A stretch of 64,000 nt of DNA from Minisyncoccota bacterium (GCA_043780835.1 JAYWCB010000001.1:103738-167737); one strand, 5' to 3'; numbered from the stretch's first letter, positions 46,373 through 55,894 are shown. The notes: generated by a model from the sequence alone, not told the origin. Numbers and translations are program-made.

Positions 46373-48490
46373 CTACGGTAGCGTCGGCGTATTGTTTTTA
46401 ATGACAATCCCCCTTCCGACCATATAGAGGACCGCGATTATAAACGCACACAAGAGCGCGAGCAGTGGAATCGCGGCACCATTGTTGAATAGCGTCGGCT
46501 TTTCCGCAGTTGTTACACCGAGCGGTGATGCTGTGTCGAGCGTCGCGGCCTCGGCAGTCTTGGTAAACGGAATCGCAATACTTTTTGCGACGATCGTTCC
46601 TGTGTTGTCCACCGTGGCGACATACATAGTGTGCCGACCATCCTCGAGTTCTTTGTCGACTGTATAATGCCAATCACCGGAGCTATCGGTTCGTACCGTC
46701 ACTATGATCGGCGTACTGTACACAAAGAGCGTGATGTAACTATTCGGAAGCGCTTTGCCGCTCATGGCAATCTTTTTTTCGGCCGAAAGTTTTACATCAG
46801 TGACCGCATACACGCTTGTCTGTGGGGCGAGTGATTCAAGCGGCTCTTCAGGTGTCACTTGTACGAGCAGTTTTTGCGTTGGGTCATACCCGAGGAGCAC
46901 TTTCTCGCCGGCAGTAAGCGTAGTAGTGCCCAACAGTGATACCGGGCTCGGCGCGATCGGATCGATATGATAAATATGCTCAGAATCAAAGTCGGAAATG
47001 CCGTCATGATTTGAATCTTTAAATACTGTGTCGCCCCCCGACGTCTTTAGTATGTCGATCGCGCTTTGAAAGGCGTTCGACAGCGAATCGATAGATGCAA
47101 CGATCTCGTTATTTGTGGCATTAGTTGTTGTCGCGGCCAATGTATCGATGCGCTTGAGGCCATTATTGATCGTCGCTTTGAGCTTTGTAAAATCCTCCGG
47201 TGTGCCATGGGAGAGCTCCGCAAGTGAACGATCGACATCATGCATGAGTGATTCTCGCAACGAATTCATGGCCATCGTATGAGACACATTGGCCGAATCC
47301 TCACCAATCGCCGTAATGTGTGCATCGATTGAATCGACAATACTTTGCCTTGTTTCGGCGATAGCTCTCTGTGAGGTCTCGACTGTACGAGAAATATCTT
47401 GCATTGACGCAACAATTTCAGATGACGCAAAAGCTGTACGAGCACTGCGTTCCCCGCCTTCTAACGGACGAAACCCTGCGGCGTGATGGTTTTCCGCTGA
47501 CTTTGGTGAGGTTACATTGGGAGGTACTGCGCCGTGAGTCGGCCTGTCAGACGTAGAACCCGATGGATGTGTATTGCCAATCGTACGAGGTTCGGGCTCT
47601 GTGTCGTCGATATCATGCGGTTGTATTACCTCCATGTGAGTTTCATTGTGCGCCACACCTGCTGTCGCAGCTGAATTTTCCATCGGCGGGACTGGAATCG
47701 TTGCTGGCTGCTGCGAAATTACTGATGTTTGATTTTCAACCGCTGTGCTCATTATGATTGGCACCGACACAATCGCAGATGCGCCTGAACAACCGGCCAT
47801 GTTGCATGCCTCAACTTGATAATCCATTGGTGAGCCGAGATTAAGAGCATTGTCGGTGAATGTGCTGGAAAGTCCGGATAACGTTTGAAAGAGAGCGAAC
47901 GTGCCGTTTGCAATACGGCGAAATATTTTAATAACAGACTCATTTGACGAGGCGTTGTGCCAGGTGAGTACAATCCCACCTGCAGCCGTATTCAATACAG
48001 CGGCAAAATTGCTCGGTACCGAAGGTATAGATTCCAAGGAAGTGCTTGAGGTTGCGCTCATGAGGTGTGAGTCAGTGACACACTTCGGTGGCGCTGTAGC
48101 AATGATGCTCGCATATGGTGCTGTTGTGCCGTACGCAATCAGGTAGTATGTGTGCGAAGTACCATCATCTAAGCCCGAATCCGTATACATCGTTTGCAGA
48201 TTTTCATACACTTTCACGGTTGATGAGTCTCTATATAGACGGTACGACAGTACGCCTGAAACAGAACTCCATGACAAATCAATTTTGCCCGTACCACAGC
48301 CTCCGGCAACTGCGGAAAGGATGGGAGCGGCTATCGCTCCCGATAATGTGTCTCGTTGCATCGGCTGTGACATCGACTGAGCGCGCACTGTCGCATTCCC
48401 CACATATAAAATACCGGTCAGCATGAGACAAACGAGCAGAGCGCCAAATTCTGTTCGCTTGATAAATGATATGTGCTGTTTGTCGTACAT
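46373..48490 (-). CDS. Large hypothetical cell-surface protein (signal peptide, C-terminal TM anchor)
   Basis: 705 aa with an N-terminal TM/signal and a C-terminal hydrophobic anchor (IPLLALLCAFIIAVLYMV). Beta-rich T/S-rich middle. No catalytic motif. Confidence 0.5.
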   Translation of the reverse strand: MYDKQHISFIKRTEFGALLVCLMLTGILYVGNATVRAQSMSQPMQRDTLSGAIAAPILSAVAGGCGTGKIDLSWSSVSGVLSYRLYRDSSTVKVYENLQTMYTDSGLDDGTSHTYYLIAYGTTAPYASIIATAPPKCVTDSHLMSATSSTSLESIPSVPSNFAAVLNTAAGGIVLTWHNASSNESVIKIFRRIANGTFALFQTLSGLSSTFTDNALNLGSPMDYQVEACNMAGCSGASAIVSVPIIMSTAVENQTSVISQQPATIPVPPMENSAATAGVAHNETHMEVIQPHDIDDTEPEPRTIGNTHPSGSTSDRPTHGAVPPNVTSPKSAENHHAAGFRPLEGGERSARTAFASSEIVASMQDISRTVETSQRAIAETRQSIVDSIDAHITAIGEDSANVSHTMAMNSLRESLMHDVDRSLAELSHGTPEDFTKLKATINNGLKRIDTLAATTTNATNNEIVASIDSLSNAFQSAIDILKTSGGDTVFKDSNHDGISDFDSEHIYHIDPIAPSPVSLLGTTTLTAGEKVLLGYDPTQKLLVQVTPEEPLESLAPQTSVYAVTDVKLSAEKKIAMSGKALPNSYITLFVYSTPIIVTVRTDSSGDWHYTVDKELEDGRHTMYVATVDNTGTIVAKSIAIPFTKTAEAATLDTASPLGVTTAEKPTLFNNGAAIPLLALLCAFIIAVLYMVGRGIVIKNNTPTLP

Positions 48491-48498
48491 AGGATGAA

Positions 48499-49866
48499 CT
48501 AGTGAGCTACCGGGAATGACACAATAAAGTGTGATCCCACTCCGACGATGGACTCAATTGAAATTGTACCTCGCATTTCCTTCACCAGTTGCGCGGTGAT
48601 CCACAAGCCCAGTCCGGTCCCGATAATCGACTCGGTTTCGTGCGAATGAATGCGAAAGAATTTCTGGAATAGTTTCTCACGATTTTCGGCACTGATGCCC
48701 ATGCCGGTATCACTGATGCGGATTAAAGCGCGTCCGTCCTCGCTATATTGACTGATTGTAACACCTCCGGCTTTTGTGTATTTCAGCGCATTGCCGATCA
48801 AATTCACCATCACCTGCCGCAGTCGCGCCGCATCGATCATTATTTGATCTGCAGCGGCTTTGCTTTGGTCGAGTGAGAGTTGTAAGCCTTTCTCATGCGC
48901 GAGCAATTCAAATGACGAAACAGCTGCCGCAACGATGTCGCGCACGTCACAGAGCTCCATTTTGAATTCCATCCGACCTTGCTCAATGCGTGACACTTCC
49001 AACATATCGCTCACGAGCGCATCAAGTCCTTTTGCAGCGAATTCAATTTTCTGCGCGTATGTAGTTGCCTCTGTAGGAAGACCCTTTGAATTATTGAGGA
49101 ATTCCGCGTATCCGCGAATAATCGTCAACGGGGCACGCAATTCGTGTGATGCCATGGAGATAAAGTCATCTTTGAATTGATCGACTTCTTTCAGGCGACG
49201 GTAAAGATCCATGTAATCGACGATTCGCGAATGACGCAGAAAGAGAAACAGAATGAGCACAATAACGGCAATCAACAGGTAGATGCTGTCGGTGATGTTT
49301 TTTTCGATTGCACGGTCGGCTTGGGATAGCGTTTGGGTAGTGAGTGCAACACCCACGACGTTTTGTTGTGCATCTACAATGGCGCGTGCGGTATTGAAGT
49401 ACCGTTCAGATCCTCTTTTAGTTTCTGTAGTAAATGAATGCGACGGATCGCCCGAGACGAGCGAATACAATACATCGGTATCGCGAGAGGCTTTGCCGAT
49501 TTCTGAACGATCATTCGAGGCGATAATAATGTATGCGGTGGTTGTTGCATCGGTAAACACGAGGCGTTTCTGCACAATGCGAAATTGTTGAATGGTTTCG
49601 TTGGAGCGGATCACATCGTCAATCCGAGCATTCAAATATGCTGGATCATCCATTCTGTCCGCTGCAAACGATACGAACGCGTCCTGCAGAGAGCCGATTC
49701 GCACGTTCACCAGACGGTCTTGCGCGTCCCCTGCGATGCCGATAAACCGGCTCGCCATAAAGATAAACGCGCCCACGATAATAACCGCGATCAGAATCGT
49801 GTATATGAGCTGTGGGTTACTCCCTATCTTTTGAATCCCCGCCCTGAGGCGTTCGAAAAAAGGCAC
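48499..49866 (-). CDS. Membrane sensor histidine kinase
   Basis: Two TM helices flank a periplasmic sensor. H-box MASHELRAPLTIIRGYAEFL. HATPase_c (NLIGNALKYT, DTGMGI, GTGLGL). Confidence 0.8.
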   Translation of the reverse strand: MPFFERLRAGIQKIGSNPQLIYTILIAVIIVGAFIFMASRFIGIAGDAQDRLVNVRIGSLQDAFVSFAADRMDDPAYLNARIDDVIRSNETIQQFRIVQKRLVFTDATTTAYIIIASNDRSEIGKASRDTDVLYSLVSGDPSHSFTTETKRGSERYFNTARAIVDAQQNVVGVALTTQTLSQADRAIEKNITDSIYLLIAVIVLILFLFLRHSRIVDYMDLYRRLKEVDQFKDDFISMASHELRAPLTIIRGYAEFLNNSKGLPTEATTYAQKIEFAAKGLDALVSDMLEVSRIEQGRMEFKMELCDVRDIVAAAVSSFELLAHEKGLQLSLDQSKAAADQIMIDAARLRQVMVNLIGNALKYTKAGGVTISQYSEDGRALIRISDTGMGISAENREKLFQKFFRIHSHETESIIGTGLGLWITAQLVKEMRGTISIESIVGVGSHFIVSFPVAH

Positions 49867-49904
49867 CCGCTAATTGTATCCCACACAAACGCGACACTTT
49901 GTAT

Positions 49905-50282
49905 TTATGCGACTGCCGCTACGGATACAAATCCTCCATGGGACTCACGATGACAATTTGCACATAAAAGAATACATTTGTCCGCTTCAGTTTTCATTTT
50001 CTCCCAAGATCTGGTGATACCGCCCCTTGAAATTCCGAATGATTTATTCTTGTCGTCAGTATGATGCAGATCGAGCGCACCATAGTATTTACAATATCCA
50101 CAACGAACGCACTTTCCACCCTTGTACTCGACGAGCATTCTTTTAAGTTTTCTTCTACGGTCGGAAACTGCTTTTTTTAGATATTCCGCTCTATCGGCAT
50201 ATGTTCTTTTTTCTTTCTGAACCATGGTATACAAGATAAGTATACCGCGGGTTCTCAGCTTCACCGAATTGCAAATAGCCAT
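49905..50282 (-). CDS. HNH endonuclease
   Basis: CVRCGYC...LDLHHTDDKNKS...N...CILLCANCHRESH is a CxxC...HH...N...CxxCH zinc-finger HNH nuclease motif. The longer ORF (to 50462) would overlap the tRNA, so the start is placed at MAICNS (MVQKEK is also possible). Confidence 0.6.
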   Translation of the reverse strand: MAICNSVKLRTRGILILYTMVQKEKRTYADRAEYLKKAVSDRRRKLKRMLVEYKGGKCVRCGYCKYYGALDLHHTDDKNKSFGISRGGITRSWEKMKTEADKCILLCANCHRESHGGFVSVAAVA

Positions 50283-50325
50283 TTTTTGGCTACTATACGC
50301 AAGTCCATGCAGCGCATGGTCATAT

Positions 50326-50646
50326 TCCGCGGTGGCGCAACGGTAGCGCAGCTCGCTGTCAAAGGCAGCTTTCCGGAGGAATCCGGAAATGAAAACGAGG
50401 AGAATTGCTGGAAGCCTCACTTTTCGCGTTGAAAAAGTGGTAATCAGCAGCCGAGCCTGCATTCGCAGGAAGGTTCAGAGACTATCCCATATGGGAGTAG
50501 GTCCGCACAGTTAATTTTCTGGCGGCCCGAAGCACCTCGCATCCGACAACTATCTGATAGTTGGGATGATGATATAGTCCACCCCTTTTGGAAACATAAG
50601 GACACGTGTAACGAGTTGGTTGTAGGTTCGAATCCTACCCGCGGAG
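50326..50646 (+). tRNA. tRNA-Asn (anticodon GUU) interrupted by a group I intron in the anticodon loop
   Basis: Exon 1 is 50326-50359 (TCCGCGG-TG-GCGC-AACGGTA-GCGC-A-GCTCG-CTGT). Exon 2 is 50609-50646 (TAA-CGAGT-TGGTT-GTAGG-TTCGAAT-CCTAC-CCGCGGA-G). The spliced loop CUGUUAA and discriminator G match tRNA-Asn; anticodon UGU (Thr) is possible if the splice site is shifted. Confidence 0.75.
50360..50608 (+). ncRNA. Group I self-splicing intron (249 nt) within tRNA-Asn
   Basis: P1 can form between exon end GCUGU and internal guide GCAGC with a U-G pair at the 5' splice site. P 50403-50414, Q 50442-50451, R GTTCAGAGACTA 50473-50484, S GATGATATAGTCC 50568-50580. P2-like 50373-50386, P8-like 50547-50563. 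Intron ends in G. Confidence 0.75.
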
Positions 50647-52344
50647 CAAGTTAGGACGACGGGACTCGAAAGAGTCCTTTTGTCGTTTATTAGAGCCGAC
50701 TTTTTCAGGTTCTAACCCATTGGTTAATAACCTTTGATTTTTTATCTCGTTTTCGATCAGAAGATATGGATGCAGCATCTCTACGCTTAGCGTGCGGTCT
50801 TTTAGAGTTAGGTTCGAGCCGATTGATCCAAATATCGTTCGTTTCGTCTGTAAGTCGGCTGTAGTCGTGAATTGACGCTTTGCCAGTGCGCAAAATGAGA
50901 AAACCCGCTCAGCTGTTTCCAAATCCCGATCTAATTTTTCCTTTGTGCCGAAAAGTTCTGCTTCCAGACGGCCCCGTTCTATGTTCAGCTCCATCTTGAG
51001 CTTTCGAAACTCCTCTTGCGTGTAGAGCTCATAATTCGTGTTCAGCGGGGATGTGAATTCACGACTCAAGTTCACCAAACGTTTCTGACATGTGTCGTAG
51101 GACGATTGCAGCGACTGTCGCATAGCCCTTTCTTCGCGGCCTGAATTCTTCTCTACATCATTAAGGTAATCGAGGGCTAGTTTCAAGTAGTCCTCGTCAA
51201 TTGTCAATCCGGTTAGTATCTGCGAAAACTGAAGTTCTAAAGATTCGAGGCGTATCGTTTTTTGTGAGCATTTTCTATTCTTCTTCTTTGTACATCGGTA
51301 ATATACATAATTCAGAATTGTGGGTTTTGTCATCGCAGAGATGTCCATATGGCAATTCGGGCAAGCCGATTTGCTTTCGTATGCAAACTTATGCTTACAG
51401 CTTGTGCAGATCAACTGATTCTTTTCCTCTGCGGTAATCGAAGAATCGCATTCACCGCATCGCATAAGGCCTGTGTAAGCGAATTGTCGCGTCTTAGGCT
51501 GCTGTTTTCCTCTTTTACCTAACAATATTTGGGCGCGACGGTATTCCGCCTCCGTAATGATTGGTCGATGATTTCCTTTGATCATTCTGCGCTCACCGCT
51601 CTCTGGGTCGGTCCACGGATAAGATCCATAGTAAAAAGTATCACTGAAGATGTTATACATGTGGCTCATCGAAAGAGGTTTACCGCCGATTTTTCGACGC
51701 GGCAGAGTCGTTAGATGCCACTCTTTCGTTGCGATATCTCGGATCTTAGAAACAGAATATGCGCCCGTCAGAAACAGATCCCACATTTTACGCACTAGCT
51801 CAAAACGTTCGGGATCAATGTCTATAGTTTTGCTTCCTTTTTCTGTGCCGACATTAAGATAACCAATTGGACCTCCAGATGGACGCCAACCCCGCATTGC
51901 TTTGCTATTGAGACCTCGTTTTACGTTCTTTGACAAACGCATCACATAGTCCGTGGCACGTCCACCCTCAATACTCATGAGCAATCCGGCATCTTCCGGG
52001 TAGTAAGAACGTCCGGGGGTTTTTATCTCCTTTATGACACCCTTTTGAAGCATCCATTGCAGGCGCCCGTTATCAATCGGATTGCGAGAAAGACGATCGA
52101 TATCCCAACACAAAAGCCCATTGGCTTCACCAGACTGTATTCGGTCTAATAGGGCGTCGAACACAGGCCTCCCCGGGTCTTTAGCGCTACGCTCTTCAGT
52201 AAAGGGTTCTCGCGCCAAAACAACGCCCTCACGCTCAGCGAGTCCGCTTAGGGCATTGATTTGATCGCCTATAGATGCAACTTGCCGCTGCGAGTCTTCT
52301 GAACTCTTACGGCAGTATGCAAAGTATTTTAGAGACTGACCCAT
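50635..52344 (-). CDS. Large serine recombinase (resolvase/invertase-type catalytic domain, recombinase domain and zinc ribbon)
   Basis: N-terminus KYFAYCRKSSEDSQRQVASIGDQ (catalytic Ser region) ... DIDRLSRN. Central recombinase domain. Cys-rich zinc ribbon (CGECDSS...CTSC...CPNC). Coiled coil. Last codons LLRG and the stop lie inside the tRNA-Asn 3' acceptor stem. Confidence 0.85.
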   Translation of the reverse strand: MGQSLKYFAYCRKSSEDSQRQVASIGDQINALSGLAEREGVVLAREPFTEERSAKDPGRPVFDALLDRIQSGEANGLLCWDIDRLSRNPIDNGRLQWMLQKGVIKEIKTPGRSYYPEDAGLLMSIEGGRATDYVMRLSKNVKRGLNSKAMRGWRPSGGPIGYLNVGTEKGSKTIDIDPERFELVRKMWDLFLTGAYSVSKIRDIATKEWHLTTLPRRKIGGKPLSMSHMYNIFSDTFYYGSYPWTDPESGERRMIKGNHRPIITEAEYRRAQILLGKRGKQQPKTRQFAYTGLMRCGECDSSITAEEKNQLICTSCKHKFAYESKSACPNCHMDISAMTKPTILNYVYYRCTKKKNRKCSQKTIRLESLELQFSQILTGLTIDEDYLKLALDYLNDVEKNSGREERAMRQSLQSSYDTCQKRLVNLSREFTSPLNTNYELYTQEEFRKLKMELNIERGRLEAELFGTKEKLDRDLETAERVFSFCALAKRQFTTTADLQTKRTIFGSIGSNLTLKDRTLSVEMLHPYLLIENEIKNQRLLTNGLEPEKVGSNKRQKDSFESRRPNLLRG

Positions 52345-52355
52345 ATTCCCGTTAA

Positions 52356-52742
52356 TTATAGCCCCTTCGGCAATTGAATTGCGACTCTGAGGGCCTTTTC
52401 ACGCGCCCCGATGATGAGCTGAAGTCTGGCAATATCTACAGCCTCTAAGTGTGTTAGTGCAGGAAGGAGTTCGCGAATGTCGACTAATTTTGCCAAATTG
52501 GCTTGAGCTATCAGTAGTTCAACATGAATAGCCGTTACTTTTTCCATTTCCACTTTTGGTGCACCTCGATATCCCTCCCGAAGACCGTATTTGTATCCTT
52601 TCATTCGCCCATCTTCGAACGCCCCCTCGCTTAATACGACAAAAGCGTGTTCTGACCAGAAGGTTTGGCCGCATAGCCTGCACCTAAAGTGGTCATGGGG
52701 ATGATCTGCTACGGCCTCAAGACGATGGAAATGAATTTTCAT
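52356..52742 (-). CDS. Hypothetical protein with a His/Cys cluster (possible zinc-binding)
   Basis: 128 aa with HPHDHFRCRLCGQTF near the N-terminus. Sits between the AAA ATPase and the recombinase. Confidence 0.35.
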   Translation of the reverse strand: MKIHFHRLEAVADHPHDHFRCRLCGQTFWSEHAFVVLSEGAFEDGRMKGYKYGLREGYRGAPKVEMEKVTAIHVELLIAQANLAKLVDIRELLPALTHLEAVDIARLQLIIGAREKALRVAIQLPKGL

Positions 52743-52852
52743 ATTAGTTTGTTTTGGTGGTAATTTCGCAATAGTTATTAATACACTTACCGAATTGCCA
52801 TCTTGTTATCCCTCAAGGGGAAAAACCTTAAGTGGCAATTTGGTAACATTAT

Positions 52853-54022
52853 TTAGCTAGTATCGAAAAAATTACCTTGTTCGATGGAGCCTAAGGTATC
52901 GGCCTCAGAAATAGAGCCGTTTTCCGCTTGAGGCAGAAAGTAGAACTTTTCTTTGCCGCGTTTAATCGAATCTATACTTTCGGACGCTTCTAATTCCCTG
53001 AGCGCATCCGATACGTTCTTCTCACCGATCTTCCTATCCTGAAGGATTTTCAATACTTCTCGCCTCGTTCTACCCGATTCCTCGAGGATATTGAGTATTG
53101 CTTCCTTGGCTTCCTCTTTTTTCGTCTCCTTACTTTCGAGTGGACCGCAATATTTAAATCTGATCCTCGGCTCGCCCAAATCATTTATGTAGTCCTCCAT
53201 TTGTATGGCGAAGGGGTCTACCTCCTTGCCTGTACGGTTTTTTCGTTGATAGACGTGAATCTCACCATTTCCTTCATTTCTGAGCATTAGTAAGGCTTCT
53301 GCACTTGCTGCTTTATCGATCGAACCAAATAGATGCTCCTTTTTGGGAATCTTTCCCTCGAAATTCGAGGGTTTGCGGTAATGGTCCAATACAATGACGC
53401 TGACACCAGAATTCTTCAGAACGCTAAACTTTTTAAATGATGCACGTACTTCTTCGGCCTTTTCCTCTTTAAGGCCTCCTGCAACGGCTCGATAGGTGTC
53501 AGCAACAACAACATCAATTCGATTTTGCTGCACATATTTAAGGAGCCACCTGTAGTCCCTGGTCTCACAAACTGTTCCCGGTGCGTATATGTTGAAATCA
53601 TCGCGATTTAGGAAAAACAGATCTTTGTTGCCGTTGTCGATTCCAAGCAACTTTCCTCGGCGCTGCATTTCGCTTTCAGACATTTCCGCATTGATGTACA
53701 AAACGCGACCACCGATAGTTTTAAAATGATCCAAGAATTCGGTAAACTCGGAGATACATTTTGCGATATACATAGCGAGCCAGGTTTTACCTTCGCCGGC
53801 TATTGCAGCAATTATTGTGACCCCCTGAACTGGCACAAGATCTTGAATGCGCCATAACGCCTTGGGTAAATCCTTGGACCCGAATTGATTCCAGCCCTGG
53901 GGTTTTGGATATCCAATGTCTTCATCGTATTCTTCCTCGACTGCAGGATCGTAACGCGTCGAATACACCAACTTATGTAGCGGTGTGGCATCCGGTGGTA
54001 GGTCATTGTCCATAAAAATCAT
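52853..54022 (-). CDS. RepA/DnaB-like RecA-fold AAA ATPase (AAA_25-type) with a C-terminal winged-helix region
   Basis: Walker A IAGEGKTWLAMYIAK. INAEMSE, Walker B DVVVADTYRA and VLDHYRKP match the plasmid/phage RepA-DnaB C-terminal fold. K/E-rich C-terminus with HTH-like ILQDRKIGEKNVSDALRELE. Confidence 0.65.
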   Translation of the reverse strand: MIFMDNDLPPDATPLHKLVYSTRYDPAVEEEYDEDIGYPKPQGWNQFGSKDLPKALWRIQDLVPVQGVTIIAAIAGEGKTWLAMYIAKCISEFTEFLDHFKTIGGRVLYINAEMSESEMQRRGKLLGIDNGNKDLFFLNRDDFNIYAPGTVCETRDYRWLLKYVQQNRIDVVVADTYRAVAGGLKEEKAEEVRASFKKFSVLKNSGVSVIVLDHYRKPSNFEGKIPKKEHLFGSIDKAASAEALLMLRNEGNGEIHVYQRKNRTGKEVDPFAIQMEDYINDLGEPRIRFKYCGPLESKETKKEEAKEAILNILEESGRTRREVLKILQDRKIGEKNVSDALRELEASESIDSIKRGKEKFYFLPQAENGSISEADTLGSIEQGNFFDTS

Positions 54023-54671
54023 GCGTTTTAGGCTTATAAATAGCGTCTACTAGCGCGATCAATTTTTCGAAATATTCCAAAGCGGCATCGTCAGAAATAG
54101 CGCTGCCGGTCGTCTCCTCGTAGAGAGTTTTGAATCTTTCGATGTATCTATTTTTTTCGACCATAGCAAAAACCTCCACTCAGCTCTGCGGATCACTTGG
54201 ATGATTCGCAGAACTAAAGGGAGGTTCAGCAGAGTCCAAGTTTCCGCAAATAAAAAATACCGCCTATTAAGCGGATTCTTGGACTGGTATGAGATTTATA
54301 CGATACAGGCTAAGAATGTCGCTTAAAGCAAGCAGTATTCTTAAACCCACAGCAGATCGTTACGCAAAAGAGTTTTGCGAAAAACGGCATTGGGTGCCTG
54401 AAAGAACGTCCCACCAATCATATCCACCTTTTAGATCTGGTCAATTGATTTATCCCCAGAGACTGCAATAATAACTTCACAATTGAATATCGAGCCGCAA
54501 GGCTAGTGCCTAAACCGCCGGAGCAATCCTCGGCATGGCACGAAATCCCACGTGAATACTGAACCCGTCGTTCAGCTCCATTCACGTGGTCTTACGGGGA
54601 AACTCGTAAGGAGCAGCAATGCTCGGCTAGCGGCGGGCTTTGTGTTGCCTGCCGCAAGCATTATTTAAGTA

Positions 54672-55667
54672 ATGCGAATCATGAAAAAATTTAGCGCAAT
54701 TCTCTTCTTTTTAATTTCTTTACAAACGACTATTGTTTATGCAAGTTCCGGTGCTTGCTCTGATCACGGCGGTATCAATTGCAGTGCCGGTGCCGGTACT
54801 GGTGGGAGTGTAATTTGTAATGATGGGTGGTCAAATAGTTCGGTGTTATTTTCAAGTGCTGATGAGTGTAAAATCTCATGCACACCGCCGAGCGCATCAG
54901 GTTGTAAAACTGAAAACGACTACGGGGCCTTGCAGGTACAGCTCAACGCATCGGGCGGTTATCTCGGCGCGGGATCTTCGCAGACGGGCGCATTGAACCA
55001 GTGCCGTAGCGAGATAAATGCATATCAGGCGAACCTACAGGTCTACAACACCTGCCAAGCCAACAGCTCGTCAAACGCCTCCGTTTCTAGCAATGCAGAT
55101 TCATACCTTAAGGCAAAGATGCAACAATATTGCGTCAATACATATGGCCCACAAAGTTTTTCCAATTATTCAGATAAAACATGTGGATGTAACAGCGGCT
55201 ATAGCTTGACTGCACAAGGATGTTTGCTCAAGCCTAAAACTAACCTAGGAATCACAACATCAACAACAATCGAATCGTGTGAAAATAATGGGGTTAAGGG
55301 TTACAAAATAAATGGCCAATGTGTTTTCCCAACAGGGACATCCACGACGATTGACCTAAACAAGCCGATTACTGGAATCCTGTCAGATATTAGCTCATGG
55401 CAAAACGTGCCAACGTCTACAAACCAAAAAATTGTTTCTCAATTTAATAGAAGCTTAGCGAGGGGTATGCGTGGCAATGATATTATTCAACTTCAAACAT
55501 TGCTTCAAAATCTTGGGTATCTCCCTACGAGTACTAAGCCTACTAATTACTTCGGGTCGCTAACTCAAAAAGCAGTGATCGCGTTCCAATTAGCTCATGG
55601 CATCACGCCACCACAGGGGTATGTAGGGCCTAAGACGGGAGCTACTCTTATCCAGACAAACTATTAG
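54672..55667 (+). CDS. Secreted Cys-rich protein with a C-terminal peptidoglycan-binding (PG_binding_1-like) domain
   Basis: Signal peptide, a Cys-rich N/S-rich body, and a C-terminus LARGMRGNDIIQLQTLLQNLGYLP...FGSLTQKAVIAFQLAHGITPPQGYVGPKT resembling PG_binding_1. Confidence 0.55.
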   Translation: MRIMKKFSAILFFLISLQTTIVYASSGACSDHGGINCSAGAGTGGSVICNDGWSNSSVLFSSADECKISCTPPSASGCKTENDYGALQVQLNASGGYLGAGSSQTGALNQCRSEINAYQANLQVYNTCQANSSSNASVSSNADSYLKAKMQQYCVNTYGPQSFSNYSDKTCGCNSGYSLTAQGCLLKPKTNLGITTSTTIESCENNGVKGYKINGQCVFPTGTSTTIDLNKPITGILSDISSWQNVPTSTNQKIVSQFNRSLARGMRGNDIIQLQTLLQNLGYLPTSTKPTNYFGSLTQKAVIAFQLAHGITPPQGYVGPKTGATLIQTNY

Positions 55668-55693
55668 ACAATGGGCCTGTACGTTAGTATGAA

Positions 55694-55894
55694 ATGAGTA
55701 TGATAAAACTAACACTCAAAGCGGTAGCAGGAATGTCGGATGATGAGATTTACAAGCTCTCTATGCCGCGCCCATTCCACCCCGAGGCACGCGGCTTTAT
55801 GCTTGACCCACAAAGTTTTGGAAGTCAGCAGGAAATGTCGGAATGTCTAGCAGCTCTGATGAAACGTCTTGGGGAAATACAAAAAAATAAGTGA
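55694..55894 (+). CDS. Hypothetical small protein
   Basis: 66-aa ORF inside the island. No motif. Confidence 0.25.
   Translation: MSMIKLTLKAVAGMSDDEIYKLSMPRPFHPEARGFMLDPQSFGSQQEMSECLAALMKRLGEIQKNK

Noticed and set aside
50283-50462. N-terminal 60-residue extension of the HNH ORF (as listed, 49905-50462)
   Set aside because: The extension would overlap tRNA-Asn exon 1 and the first 100 nt of the intron on the opposite strand. Internal Met starts (MAICNS or MVQKEK) give a typical HNH size.
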